Below, piece by piece: positions 9,471-18,366 of a stretch of 64,000 nt of DNA. Position 1 is the first letter of the stretch, and each line of letters begins with the position of its first letter. Position numbers and translations under genes: made by a program. The notes under the pieces are model-generated. The model did not search any database. It saw only the letters and a program-made list of their open reading frames with translations, and was not told where the DNA came from. Origin of the DNA: a virus; IMG/VR virus record IMGVR_UViG_3300046314_000658; one strand, given 5' to 3'.

Positions 9471-10934
9471 TTAAGCAACCCGAGCTCGAATCTCAGCAAG
9501 CGTTGTTTCGTTGAATAATTTCCCAGTGTGGTACACCAATTGCATAACATCCTCGAATTCTTCATTCAATGGACCTCGATCCAATCGAGCAGTCATTAGT
9601 TCATTATTCATTGTGCTACGAACAAGAGTAAGTACACCCTCGAGTGATTTTTTACCCTGATCAGTGATTGGATCTTTTGCAATTCCCTTCCAGGTACCGT
9701 CTTCCATCAGGATCGCACAAGCCTTTTGCGCAAACTTAAATGTATCTCGATTTACTTTTTGCAACAATGCACCACCACTTCCAAAAATAACATTGTCGGC
9801 GCTGAATCCCAAAGTTGCTGTGATCTTGCCCAACAGTGATCGAATCGCAGAGTGATCAACGCCATCCCCTTGGATAATTCCAACGTTATTGATTTTTCGA
9901 TATCCTTTATCATTTTTTACTGACCCAAACGCCAGTTCTTGCAAGTGTAAAATGCGAGGGACAACTTCCTGCATGTCGCCACTGTCAGGACGAAACACAA
10001 CTTTTGCTTTTGTAGCAATAATTTCATCTTTCAAAACAGTACACAACAATTCGGTCTCGCGATATACATCATATCCATCGATAACAATCGAGATGATACC
10101 ACCCTCCACTGCGTTGGAGAGTTGTTTACGAAGGTACTGGATAGCATCATCTCTACCACCACCAAACGAGCACTCGATGCTATGTTCTGTGGCATATACA
10201 GAATATGCTGACATCGGCTCATTGTAATAAAAATTAGCAGTTAGAATACCTTCTACTGTGTCAGATCCCATAAAGTTGACCAAGTGAGCGAATCCACCAA
10301 TCTCTGCTGTTTCTGCAGACGACACGCCACGACCACCAAAGTCATGCAACGAAAAGGGCAATAATCCCATGTCACCACCAGTGATCTCATAGTAGTGCTT
10401 GATTTCTCGCTTGATATTGTAATCATTAGTCGCAATTGTGGTTGGGTACCACACACCACGTTGGATCATCGTCTCAAAACCAGCTGACATCCAAAACAAA
10501 TCTGCATCCAACACAGTAACAGTGTAAATTGGTTGACCACCTTTAATTGGCAACCCTTCTGGTACCGAACGGATGATAAGTGGTAAAGCTCCACCATATT
10601 CTGTTACCACTTTTTCCCAAGCTGCTCGTGCAAACAATTTACGGCCGAAGTGAGCTTCGGCAAACTGCTCTGCTGCATCGACATCTTTCATCGAAATTCG
10701 TTGAGTAAGATATCGCTTAAGCAATAACTGCATTCCAACTGGAATGACAGTCGTTTTTGGATCAACACGAGCAGTTCCGTATGAAGTCATGCCCTGGATA
10801 CCATCAGGATAAGCAAATGGGTGTGAGAATTTATATGAATCAATTCGACAGATCAAGCTAATTTTTAATTGATCTGGTTGAACGTACTGCACATCTGTGG
10901 AAGATGGTGCAAACAATTGTTGAAATTTTGACAT
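9471..10934 (-). CDS. nadV: Nicotinamide phosphoribosyltransferase (Nampt)
   Basis: DSYKFSH, LHDFGGRG, ATEHS, VFRPDSGD, IIQGDG, FGSGGALLQKVNRDT, KDPITDQGKKS. Confidence 0.95.
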   Translation of the reverse strand: MSKFQQLFAPSSTDVQYVQPDQLKISLICRIDSYKFSHPFAYPDGIQGMTSYGTARVDPKTTVIPVGMQLLLKRYLTQRISMKDVDAAEQFAEAHFGRKLFARAAWEKVVTEYGGALPLIIRSVPEGLPIKGGQPIYTVTVLDADLFWMSAGFETMIQRGVWYPTTIATNDYNIKREIKHYYEITGGDMGLLPFSLHDFGGRGVSSAETAEIGGFAHLVNFMGSDTVEGILTANFYYNEPMSAYSVYATEHSIECSFGGGRDDAIQYLRKQLSNAVEGGIISIVIDGYDVYRETELLCTVLKDEIIATKAKVVFRPDSGDMQEVVPRILHLQELAFGSVKNDKGYRKINNVGIIQGDGVDHSAIRSLLGKITATLGFSADNVIFGSGGALLQKVNRDTFKFAQKACAILMEDGTWKGIAKDPITDQGKKSLEGVLTLVRSTMNNELMTARLDRGPLNEEFEDVMQLVYHTGKLFNETTLAEIRARVA

Positions 10935-10979
10935 TTTAAAGTTCCTTTAAAGTTTTGATGCCTAGAGTCTATCTCCAGG
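10935..10979 (-). promoter_or_regulatory. Two-hairpin 5' leader of nadV (GAUAGAC-loop hairpin + SD-occluding hairpin)
   Basis: CCUGGAG-AUAGA-CUCUAGG followed by UUUAAAG-GAA-CUUUAAA before the AUG. Confidence 0.65.
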
Positions 10980-11013
10980 ACTTGCCTCTATATTAACACA
11001 AAACCATTTTGTG

Positions 11014-11475
11014 TTAAACCAAACGCTCGATAACAGTTGCAATCAACTTATCGAGCGTATCTACCTGTGTGAGACCGTACTTCTTGCATACGATGTCGAC
11101 ATTTCCTTTACGCCAGTACCCATCGGGGCAACAGACGATCGTTTCAACTCCACTTGCTGCACACAACCCAAGTTCCAGTAGTGTAATCGGAGACTTCGTG
11201 GCAGGGTCAAAATAGAACACAACAAAATCCACCAGATCGATTGCATCCAATTCCCAGTTCACTTGCTCGACAAACTTTCGATTAGATGTTGATTGCTCCC
11301 AAGTTGGATCCCAGTTATTACGCCGTGGATTGAGTACCGCAACATCACTATCATCAAGTGCGTCAACGACCTTTTGTTGCCAGTCGTCTGCTTTACCCAT
11401 TTCAATCGAGCCAGCTAAAAATACCGATGCGGGGTTGTCCCAAAATAGGGGTGCAGGCGATTTAATTTCAATCAT
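11014..11475 (-). CDS. Nucleoside 2-deoxyribosyltransferase-like protein
   Basis: VFLAGSI..DWQ..LNPRR..QVNWEL..SPITLLELG. Confidence 0.85.
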   Translation of the reverse strand: MIEIKSPAPLFWDNPASVFLAGSIEMGKADDWQQKVVDALDDSDVAVLNPRRNNWDPTWEQSTSNRKFVEQVNWELDAIDLVDFVVFYFDPATKSPITLLELGLCAASGVETIVCCPDGYWRKGNVDIVCKKYGLTQVDTLDKLIATVIERLV

Positions 11476-11620
11476 AATATGTACTTTAAAATAATGGTAA
11501 GATTTACCGAACTACCAATTAGGTTGAGCCACCCACGCAGCATCGCTTTTTGTTTGAACGCTTGTACAGCATCGTACCCACATAACAACATTACAATAAC
11601 AGTAATTGCATGCCACAGTG

Positions 11621-11887
11621 TCATGTTGCCACTCCAATAACTTCATGTACTGATTTAGGAACTGCTTTCAGTGACCCCAAATACTCCATTGTGTACTTCC
11701 GGCGTTCACCTTTGTGACTAACTGGATAACCAGGTTGGATGGTAACATGACCAAAGCTACCGCCGCGATTGAACCTAATGGGTTTCAACTCACCAGTCAC
11801 CTTGATTGAGTACAACTTCTTTTCTACAACATTCCAGAAGTATCCTGGATATCGGGTTGCGACAAACTCCGTTGGAAGAACTACCAT
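11621..11887 (-). CDS. Hypothetical protein
   Basis: GAGGAG RBS; operon packing. Confidence 0.65.
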   Translation of the reverse strand: MVVLPTEFVATRYPGYFWNVVEKKLYSIKVTGELKPIRFNRGGSFGHVTIQPGYPVSHKGERRKYTMEYLGSLKAVPKSVHEVIGVAT

Positions 11888-11888
11888 G

Positions 11889-12053
11889 TCACTCCTCTGC
11901 TTCCCATGTTATTACCACAGTGAATTTTCCTTTGTGGAACCCACATTCATCAATTGGAATTTCTTCGAATTGACGACTATCGTACATCTCAACCACATCT
12001 TGCTCCAAGTCGAGCAGTGTGTCAGCCCAGTATTCTTTTTTCAAGACTATCAT
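11889..12053 (-). CDS. Small hypothetical protein not in the ORF track (MIVLKKEYWADTLLDLEQDVVE...)
   Basis: 54-aa ORF with an ATGA overlap with the upstream gene, filling the gap. Confidence 0.55.
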   Translation of the reverse strand: MIVLKKEYWADTLLDLEQDVVEMYDSRQFEEIPIDECGFHKGKFTVVITWEAEE

Positions 12054-12241
12054 TTTACATGCACTCTTTTACCACAAGGTGGGCACTTGATGAACTTGTA
12101 GTAGTCCTTGCCGCCAGTGTAGTCAGTCGAATAGTCTTCTTTAATGTCACTTGGCGTATACTGCAGGGTTGCACCACAATTGCGACAGATTGTTTCCTTG
12201 ACTACACTTGCGTGTGGAGTAGTTGAAATTACTGTTACCAT
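12050..12241 (-). CDS. Small zinc-ribbon protein
   Basis: CRNC...CPPC. Confidence 0.65.
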   Translation of the reverse strand: MVTVISTTPHASVVKETICRNCGATLQYTPSDIKEDYSTDYTGGKDYYKFIKCPPCGKRVHVK

Positions 12242-12242
12242 C

Positions 12243-12587
12243 TTATGCTCCAAATGATACCGTGACATCAGTTTTTACGGTAAGCGCTTCGATTGCAAAC
12301 ACTTTGAATGGTTTGGGACGGCTGAATTTATTTTCATTCTCTTGCTTGATCCATGTAGCAACTTCTTCTTTGGTCTTAAACCCGTGAATACCAATATAGG
12401 TAGAAGTTTCCATCGATGGAGGGGGATCTGGTGGACCGTAGTCAGCCCCCATATGACTTTCGGAGTACTCGTATACCACGATAAAGTTAGGCGAATGCTT
12501 GGTAAAAGCAGCCAAGCTGCTCATGCTATTTCCTGGGGTTCCAATATACATAAAACACTTTCGAATGTTGTGGGAGTATTGTAGCAA
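12243..12587 (-). CDS. Hypothetical protein (start uncertain)
   Basis: Operon packing. Confidence 0.5.
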   Translation of the reverse strand: MLQYSHNIRKCFMYIGTPGNSMSSLAAFTKHSPNFIVVYEYSESHMGADYGPPDPPPSMETSTYIGIHGFKTKEEVATWIKQENENKFSRPKPFKVFAIEALTVKTDVTVSFGA

Positions 12588-12601
12588 AAGGGGGTAACTG
12601 G

Positions 12602-13015
12602 TTACAACCCATTGCGGTTATTCATCACTGTTACCCACTTTTTTGATTTCTTATCAATTTGTGCGGACAACATTTCCGACAATTCGCCAGCACTCAACTC
12701 AGGGTAGGCAGCAGCTAACGTATCAATGATGGTTAAAATAACATCAGCTGCTTCACCCTCAATCGGCTCTTTCGGGGTTTTGTGCGGCAGGTATCCAAAT
12801 TTGTGGAGTAGTGCTTCACTGAACTCACCCACCTCTTCCATCACTTTAGAGTTGCGTGCAAATACAGGGAACGCGTTATTTTGAGGGCGTTGGCTGATGG
12901 TGAAAAGTCTATTGAACATATTTGTGTTAGTAATATTAGTGGTAAGTTGAGGTATTGCAGCAGAATTGACGGATGAGACGTACGCTGCGTATTTTTCGTA
13001 ATCTGGATGGATCAT
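12602..13015 (-). CDS. MazG-like NTP pyrophosphohydrolase
   Basis: KVMEEVGEFSEA...GEAADV. Confidence 0.8.
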   Translation of the reverse strand: MIHPDYEKYAAYVSSVNSAAIPQLTTNITNTNMFNRLFTISQRPQNNAFPVFARNSKVMEEVGEFSEALLHKFGYLPHKTPKEPIEGEAADVILTIIDTLAAAYPELSAGELSEMLSAQIDKKSKKWVTVMNNRNGL

Positions 13016-13016
13016 A

Positions 13017-14063
13017 TTACGCTCCTATTGCCCACTGCACCATTTCGTAATGATCATCGAAGCATTGTTCACTCCGAACATCATTAATTGGAACCCACAT
13101 TGCTTTTTCAGCATCGTCGCTACCTTTTATTTTCGGTAACTCACCATCAGGTAATACAAATTTAAATGCGTGCGTAATCGTACGGCCACGCGCACTGCGA
13201 TCAATTGCATCGAATACCCGTCGATCCTGGATACTACCAATTAGTACTGGTACCGGCACCTTAATCTTCGTTTCTTCACGCAGTTCGCGAATTGCAGCAT
13301 CTTGCACACTTTTATCAGTGGTAGCATTCACGAATCCCCCTGGAACCGCGAACAACCCCCGCCCTGGTTCGGCGCGGCGTTTGATCATCAATACATGACC
13401 GGAACAAATTACAACTGCATCAGCTGTCACAAAAATAGGAGGGTACGGCAGACTTGCAAATTGACTCTTATACTTGTCAATGAATTCACGCTCACGAATA
13501 ATTTGTTGATAGTCTGGACTACCCTTCCAACCTTCCAACCAACGTACAGTAGGTTGTGGCAGCACAGAGCGAATGAAATTCATATTTGCATCTTCTCGGA
13601 AATACAAATCGCGAATATCAGTTGCGTGTAGTGATTCGATCAACTCAACTTCTTCAACTTCCCACTGAGGGAACATTTTGAGGTAGAATGAGCTGCCATC
13701 TTTATCGTGACCAATAATGCCTGTCTTGCCACCAAGCACACGATACTTAGACACAATTCCTTGCACACGCTGCATCCATGCAGTATCGTTGTATATTGTG
13801 TCAATATTAGATTCAATGTGAACACGGGTAGTGTTATCAAAGTCCCCACTGTCATACAGCTGATCCAGTACGTTGTTAAGCATCATTTTGCGCTCAGCAT
13901 ATGTAAAAGGATTCTTGTAGGTGCGAGGTTGGTCTGCTGAACCGATGATGATGATCAGTTCTTTTGTAAGAGTTAGTGCGCGCCGCAAAATCTCAACGTG
14001 AGCATTGTGGGTAGGTTGGAACCGGCCAATAAATACTAACGTGTCGTATTTTTTTGTAGTCAT
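13017..14063 (-). CDS. nadM: Bifunctional NMN adenylyltransferase / Nudix (ADP-ribose) hydrolase, NadM-Nudix/NatV type
   Basis: FIGRFQPTHNAH (HxxH), KNPF; Nudix box PGGFV...AAIRELREET; GSDDA. Confidence 0.95.
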   Translation of the reverse strand: MTTKKYDTLVFIGRFQPTHNAHVEILRRALTLTKELIIIIGSADQPRTYKNPFTYAERKMMLNNVLDQLYDSGDFDNTTRVHIESNIDTIYNDTAWMQRVQGIVSKYRVLGGKTGIIGHDKDGSSFYLKMFPQWEVEEVELIESLHATDIRDLYFREDANMNFIRSVLPQPTVRWLEGWKGSPDYQQIIREREFIDKYKSQFASLPYPPIFVTADAVVICSGHVLMIKRRAEPGRGLFAVPGGFVNATTDKSVQDAAIRELREETKIKVPVPVLIGSIQDRRVFDAIDRSARGRTITHAFKFVLPDGELPKIKGSDDAEKAMWVPINDVRSEQCFDDHYEMVQWAIGA

Positions 14064-14108
14064 TTCAAAATCCTTGAAAAGTAAAAGTGTGAAAGTCTAT
14101 CTCTCACA
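14064..14108 (-). promoter_or_regulatory. Two-hairpin 5' leader of nadM-Nudix (same motif as the nadV leader)
   Basis: UGUGAGAG-AUAGA-CUUUCACA followed by UUCAAG-GAU-UUUGAA over the SD. Confidence 0.65.
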
Positions 14109-14154
14109 TCTGTATATATGATAACTCAACTCAGCGGTTGGGGTCAATTGAATA

Positions 14155-15015
14155 TCAGTATGCAGCGATGCATTCCAAAATGGTGTTGCGGTGCAGTGTG
14201 AGGACTGGTTCAATCCCACCAGTTTTATCACGCTGGTATCCACCTGCGAGATTCCACACGATTGGAGTACCAACACCTGCACACGATTGGAAGATACCAC
14301 GATCGCGTTCAATCATCTGTTCAGTAGTCATCAATCCACCGTACGGATCATTGCGGTGAATGTCAGCGCCAGCCTGATAGATTACCAAGTCGTAACGCTG
14401 GGTATCTAACATCTCCATCAAATTACGAGGATCGCAGATTGCCATTGCTTGGTCAACAGTGCGATAGCCGTTCCCATTCGTGATGTGATGCACACGTGCA
14501 GTGAGGCCAAGGCGCTTGATAATATCATCAGTACCGTTGCCGTAGTGCATGTCAAAGTCGAGGATCAGGATACGCGAATCATTTGGTAGACGTTTGAGTA
14601 CTTCCACCGCTGTAATCATTAGTCCATTGAACGTACAGAACCCCATCGCGCGATTGTACTCAGCGTGGTGGAAACCAGACGTTGGAGAGACGGCAACACC
14701 ACCACGCTGCAGTACTTCATGAGCAGCAGCTAATAGTGAGCCGGATGTGTACGGAAGACTAGTGGCCACGTCAGGATTGAAATTTTCAAATCCATTTGCA
14801 ATAGTACAGCTGAGCACACCGTCTACGAACGCTGGATCGTGCACTGCCTTGATCATGTCGGTAGTGACTGGCTCGAATGAGCGGATTGTTAAGCGCTGGG
14901 CAATGGATCGATTCGACATCCAGTCCTCCACAACTTGTTGAGGTTTACCTGCAGATGGGCTAGCACTCACATTACTGGCTGCGACCATCTCGGGGCGGTA
15001 GAAAACTGGAATCAT
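14155..15015 (-). CDS. Zn-dependent histone deacetylase / AcuC-family deacetylase
   Basis: SGFHHA, GFCTFN, LDFDMHYGNGT, QAGAD...DP.G, LAGGY. Confidence 0.92.
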   Translation of the reverse strand: MIPVFYRPEMVAASNVSASPSAGKPQQVVEDWMSNRSIAQRLTIRSFEPVTTDMIKAVHDPAFVDGVLSCTIANGFENFNPDVATSLPYTSGSLLAAAHEVLQRGGVAVSPTSGFHHAEYNRAMGFCTFNGLMITAVEVLKRLPNDSRILILDFDMHYGNGTDDIIKRLGLTARVHHITNGNGYRTVDQAMAICDPRNLMEMLDTQRYDLVIYQAGADIHRNDPYGGLMTTEQMIERDRGIFQSCAGVGTPIVWNLAGGYQRDKTGGIEPVLTLHRNTILECIAAY

Positions 15016-15017
15016 TT

Positions 15018-16287
15018 TTAGTCCTTACTTTTTAATTTTGGCGAATCGCTAGCGATCGTGCGGGGATACGTTTCTGGATTATCCCAGAAGTCTTTGAATG
15101 ATAAAATAAAGTCTGCCATCTTCTGAGTCTTCTCGATAAATGCCCACCACGGTTCACGAGCTCTGTATCGGAAATCAACCTCTTGTTCAAATGTCAGTGC
15201 TTCAAGGTTGCGACACACTGCGCGACCAGCTGCGAGAAACTCTTTATAGGTTTCTGGTGTACCATCATTGGTCATTATTTACTCCTCCTGTATTGTGCAG
15301 TTGCAGTGCAATCCACTTGTAGTCGTTCAAATCCACTGAAGTACTTGGTAGCCACGATGATTACCAGGAGACATCGAGGTACTGTGGATCACGTTGATCA
15401 CCTGGCACGTGGACCACTTTGAAACCAAGTGTGATAAGACGTTGACGAATCACTTGGTCTGTATGACGCGTGCAGATCGTTGACTTGCCAGTAGCAGATG
15501 CTGTTTTGATTGCTGCAATTACTTCATCCGTTTCTTTTCGGAGATACCGGCCATCAATGCTTTGCGCAAACTGAGTTTGCTTACGAGCAGCTGCCGCGTC
15601 GAATGAGGTAGTGTTGACAAAATTAGGCATAGTGTTAGTTTAGAGACGGAATTTGGACAGGTAAGTAGCAGCTAGTGACTGATCTTCTTCAGCCTCACTA
15701 TCAATAAAATCAATCGACATCATCTCAACTTCAGTTTGAGCACGAGTCAACAGCTCTGTTGCATAAGTGATGTCATCGGATTCAGCTTGTTTAAACCAAT
15801 CGGCTAATGTAGCAGGGGAAACGGACAATAGAAAATCTAGATTGCTTGCATCGTTTGGGTTCATGGGATTACACTCCATTAGGTCGGTTAGTCAGTTGGA
15901 TCGGGGTTAGCAACAGTGGTTAGTCGAGCAGATTCAAACGCTGCACGTAGCCATACTTCAACATTGACCAGTTTACCAGCATCGCTAAACTGAGTTATGC
16001 TTTCGTGGAAACGCTCACTGCGCAAACTGAAGCTTTCTACTTCATTCCACCAATCTTCGAATGTTGGGTATTGGTTACTGGAGTGCAATTTGACGAACAA
16101 TCAAGGTATTCAGAACTTGCAGAATTTCTTTCTGTTTGTTCCGAGGCATATCAACCATCGCATTTGTCAGAAGTGTTGTCAACACTCCACACGCAAAATC
16201 ATTCGTTTTATGTTCACGTGCTGCTTCACGTACAAACAATGTTCGGGATTGATCGATAGCTTCTTTAGCGTATTTCGCTTGTGGCAT
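15018..16287 (-). other. Run of short hypothetical early ORFs (15018-15275, 15361-15630, 15640-15879, 15888-16100, 16075-16287)
   Basis: Co-oriented, tightly packed ORFs downstream of the sigma70-like promoter at 16321-16348. Confidence 0.6.
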
Positions 16288-16320
16288 GTTGCGTATCCTT
16301 AATTACTTGCGATGCAGTTT

Positions 16321-16348
16321 ATTATACCCTATTTTAACAAACGGTCAA
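16321..16348 (-). promoter_or_regulatory. Sigma70-like early promoter
   Basis: TTGACC-16-TATAAT. Confidence 0.6.
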
Positions 16349-16608
16349 CGTCGTTTTGTCGCACCAATACGACTATTTTTGTTCCAATCGTACGAAGTAC
16401 CATCTGGTAGTTTGCCATCTGCAACAGTGTCTACCCCACTTTTGCCGACGCTGTTGACATTCTCACTAACCATGGTGACAAATAACATCCCTAGCTGTCG
16501 AAACGATTCTGTGTACCGCAGAGCTTCTTTTAACTCCGCCACTTGATGTGAGTGGGGGAATCTTGTAATAGGATCGGTGTAATACACTACATATTCTGTT
16601 TTTGTCAT
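16345..16608 (-). CDS. Conserved phage hypothetical protein
   Basis: FVTMVSEN.NSVGK.GVD.V.DGKLPDG..YDW.K pattern typical of large-phage small proteins. Confidence 0.65.
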   Translation of the reverse strand: MTKTEYVVYYTDPITRFPHSHQVAELKEALRYTESFRQLGMLFVTMVSENVNSVGKSGVDTVADGKLPDGTSYDWNKNSRIGATKRR

Positions 16609-16635
16609 AGTTTTTTCAACACCAGCGAACCGTCT

Positions 16636-16971
16636 TTATACAAAGCGTTCCCCATTCTCTCTCATTACTGCTTGATAGTGAGGGTCCAAGTCGCCCACTT
16701 TGTACACACCATACCAATCACCTGGTGCGTCGAATAGTTTATCCATCAGCGAATCATTGACTTGGACGAACTTTGCAAACGTATAACGCTTACCACCGTA
16801 CCGGCTGGGACGAGCACGACGGGGGAACCAAGTTTCAACTGTTTCGTTATCCAGCCAAGTATTGAACCGCACACGAATGTGAGTATTTTGCTTGGTGCCA
16901 GTCACCACACCTTCCACCGCGCGGCTTACTTTTCCATCGTAGCACACTGCTACACGATCACCGAGTTTCAT
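16636..16971 (-). CDS. Hypothetical protein (SH3/KOW-like N-terminus)
   Basis: MKLGDRVAV...EGVVT. Confidence 0.6.
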   Translation of the reverse strand: MKLGDRVAVCYDGKVSRAVEGVVTGTKQNTHIRVRFNTWLDNETVETWFPRRARPSRYGGKRYTFAKFVQVNDSLMDKLFDAPGDWYGVYKVGDLDPHYQAVMRENGERFV

Positions 16972-17018
16972 ATCGCGTTCTCATTTTGTTTGATATATGG
17001 GTAGCATCCGTAAACGAA

Positions 17019-17044
17019 GAAAAGGGGTCAACTGACCCCTTTTT
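17019..17044. terminator. Rho-independent terminator
   Basis: aaaaggggtca-ac-tgaccccttttt. Confidence 0.75.
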
Positions 17045-17059
17045 GATTATCTCGATTGC

Positions 17060-18130
17060 TTACTTCACAGGAATGATCAACTTTTGACCGACTGCAATGA
17101 AGTTGGGGTTAGCCAAGTTGTTGCGAGATTGGATATCACCGTACTTCATCTTGTCGCCCAGTTGAGTTTGAGCGATTGTCGACAGTGTATCACCTTTGGT
17201 CACAACGTAACTAACTTCACCAGAACTTGCGCGGCGCACAGCAGCAGTTTTGTCGGACATGAAGTACTTTTTCAACATTTCAGTGTATTCAGGCGTATCA
17301 GTAACTTTGCGGATGGCGCTGTTCAATGCGTTGAGCAAGTCTTTGTCTCCCTTACGTACACCAATACGGTACTGAATGTCCGAGCCTTTGATCTTAGTCA
17401 TTGCGAACTGCAAGTCTGTACCGTTTACTTCCGCCACAGCGAATGGGTAGTCATACATCACAGCATCGACTTTTTTGGATTTCAGGTGACCAACGATCCA
17501 CCTACCGTCAGCATCAGCTTTGTCGGACAATTCAACGATTGTTGCACTAGGGAATGCAAATTCAGCGAATGCGCGTGCATCGGGGTCACCTTGTAGTACG
17601 CCAAGTTTGGTCACATCAGCGGCATTAGCAATCGAGGTACCTTTTGTAACGATCAGGCTGTAACCGAAATCTTTCACGTATGGGGTGGTATACACAACAC
17701 CAGGCAAGTCTTCATCATTGAATGTCAAGCCGTCGATAGCGATGTCGACCTTATTACGTTCCAATAACTGTTTCGGTACGTCAGCGTATGTTTCAACAGC
17801 GTGGTTGGTATCGAGTTTCACCTTACCACCGAACTCACTTTGAGCAAGCACAGCATTCAGAAAGTCAACGTTGAAACCTTTTGCACGACCGCTTTCGGAA
17901 AAGTAGAACGGCTTGGATGGGTCTTGCACGCTAACGCGAATCACGCCTTTGCCGATGACACTTTGCAAAGCGCCGCTGGTTACAGTGGGCGCACCTGCTT
18001 TGATTGCTTCAACGGTTGCAGCAGGAGCGATTGTGTTGACTTTGTTGCGGAAATCCTTGTCGTAAAACACACCAACTACAGCCAACACAATAAGAAACAG
18101 GATAGATACGATAGTTTTTGAATTCAACAT
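17060..18130 (-). CDS. Membrane-anchored amino-acid-type solute-binding protein (SBP family 3) with C-terminal LysM domain
   Basis: N-terminal TM; G.IRV..PF..GFNVD..KVDIAI..YTTPY..LNSAI; LysM YVVTKGDTLSTIA..NNLANPNFIAVGQKLIIP. Confidence 0.88.
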   Translation of the reverse strand: MLNSKTIVSILFLIVLAVVGVFYDKDFRNKVNTIAPAATVEAIKAGAPTVTSGALQSVIGKGVIRVSVQDPSKPFYFSESGRAKGFNVDFLNAVLAQSEFGGKVKLDTNHAVETYADVPKQLLERNKVDIAIDGLTFNDEDLPGVVYTTPYVKDFGYSLIVTKGTSIANAADVTKLGVLQGDPDARAFAEFAFPSATIVELSDKADADGRWIVGHLKSKKVDAVMYDYPFAVAEVNGTDLQFAMTKIKGSDIQYRIGVRKGDKDLLNALNSAIRKVTDTPEYTEMLKKYFMSDKTAAVRRASSGEVSYVVTKGDTLSTIAQTQLGDKMKYGDIQSRNNLANPNFIAVGQKLIIPVK

Positions 18131-18132
18131 TT

Positions 18133-18366
18133 TTACTTCTCCTGAGATTTAGACTGGGTCTGTGCTGCCGCTGTTTGGCACACACTTTGGTTATTTGTAG
18201 AAACACCATTCGTTGCACAGTGTGCAGCAATAGGATTGGCACCTTTAGCGACCATTTCTACAATGGCTTGGCGAGTTGTAGCACGGTCGTATGTAACACA
18301 CATAATTACTGCAATGAATACGAGTGAAATACAAGCGATTATAGATACGTCAAATCGGGTCATCAT
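18133..18366 (-). CDS. Small membrane protein
   Basis: N-terminal TM; GANPIAAHCA. Confidence 0.65.
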   Translation of the reverse strand: MMTRFDVSIIACISLVFIAVIMCVTYDRATTRQAIVEMVAKGANPIAAHCATNGVSTNNQSVCQTAAAQTQSKSQEK

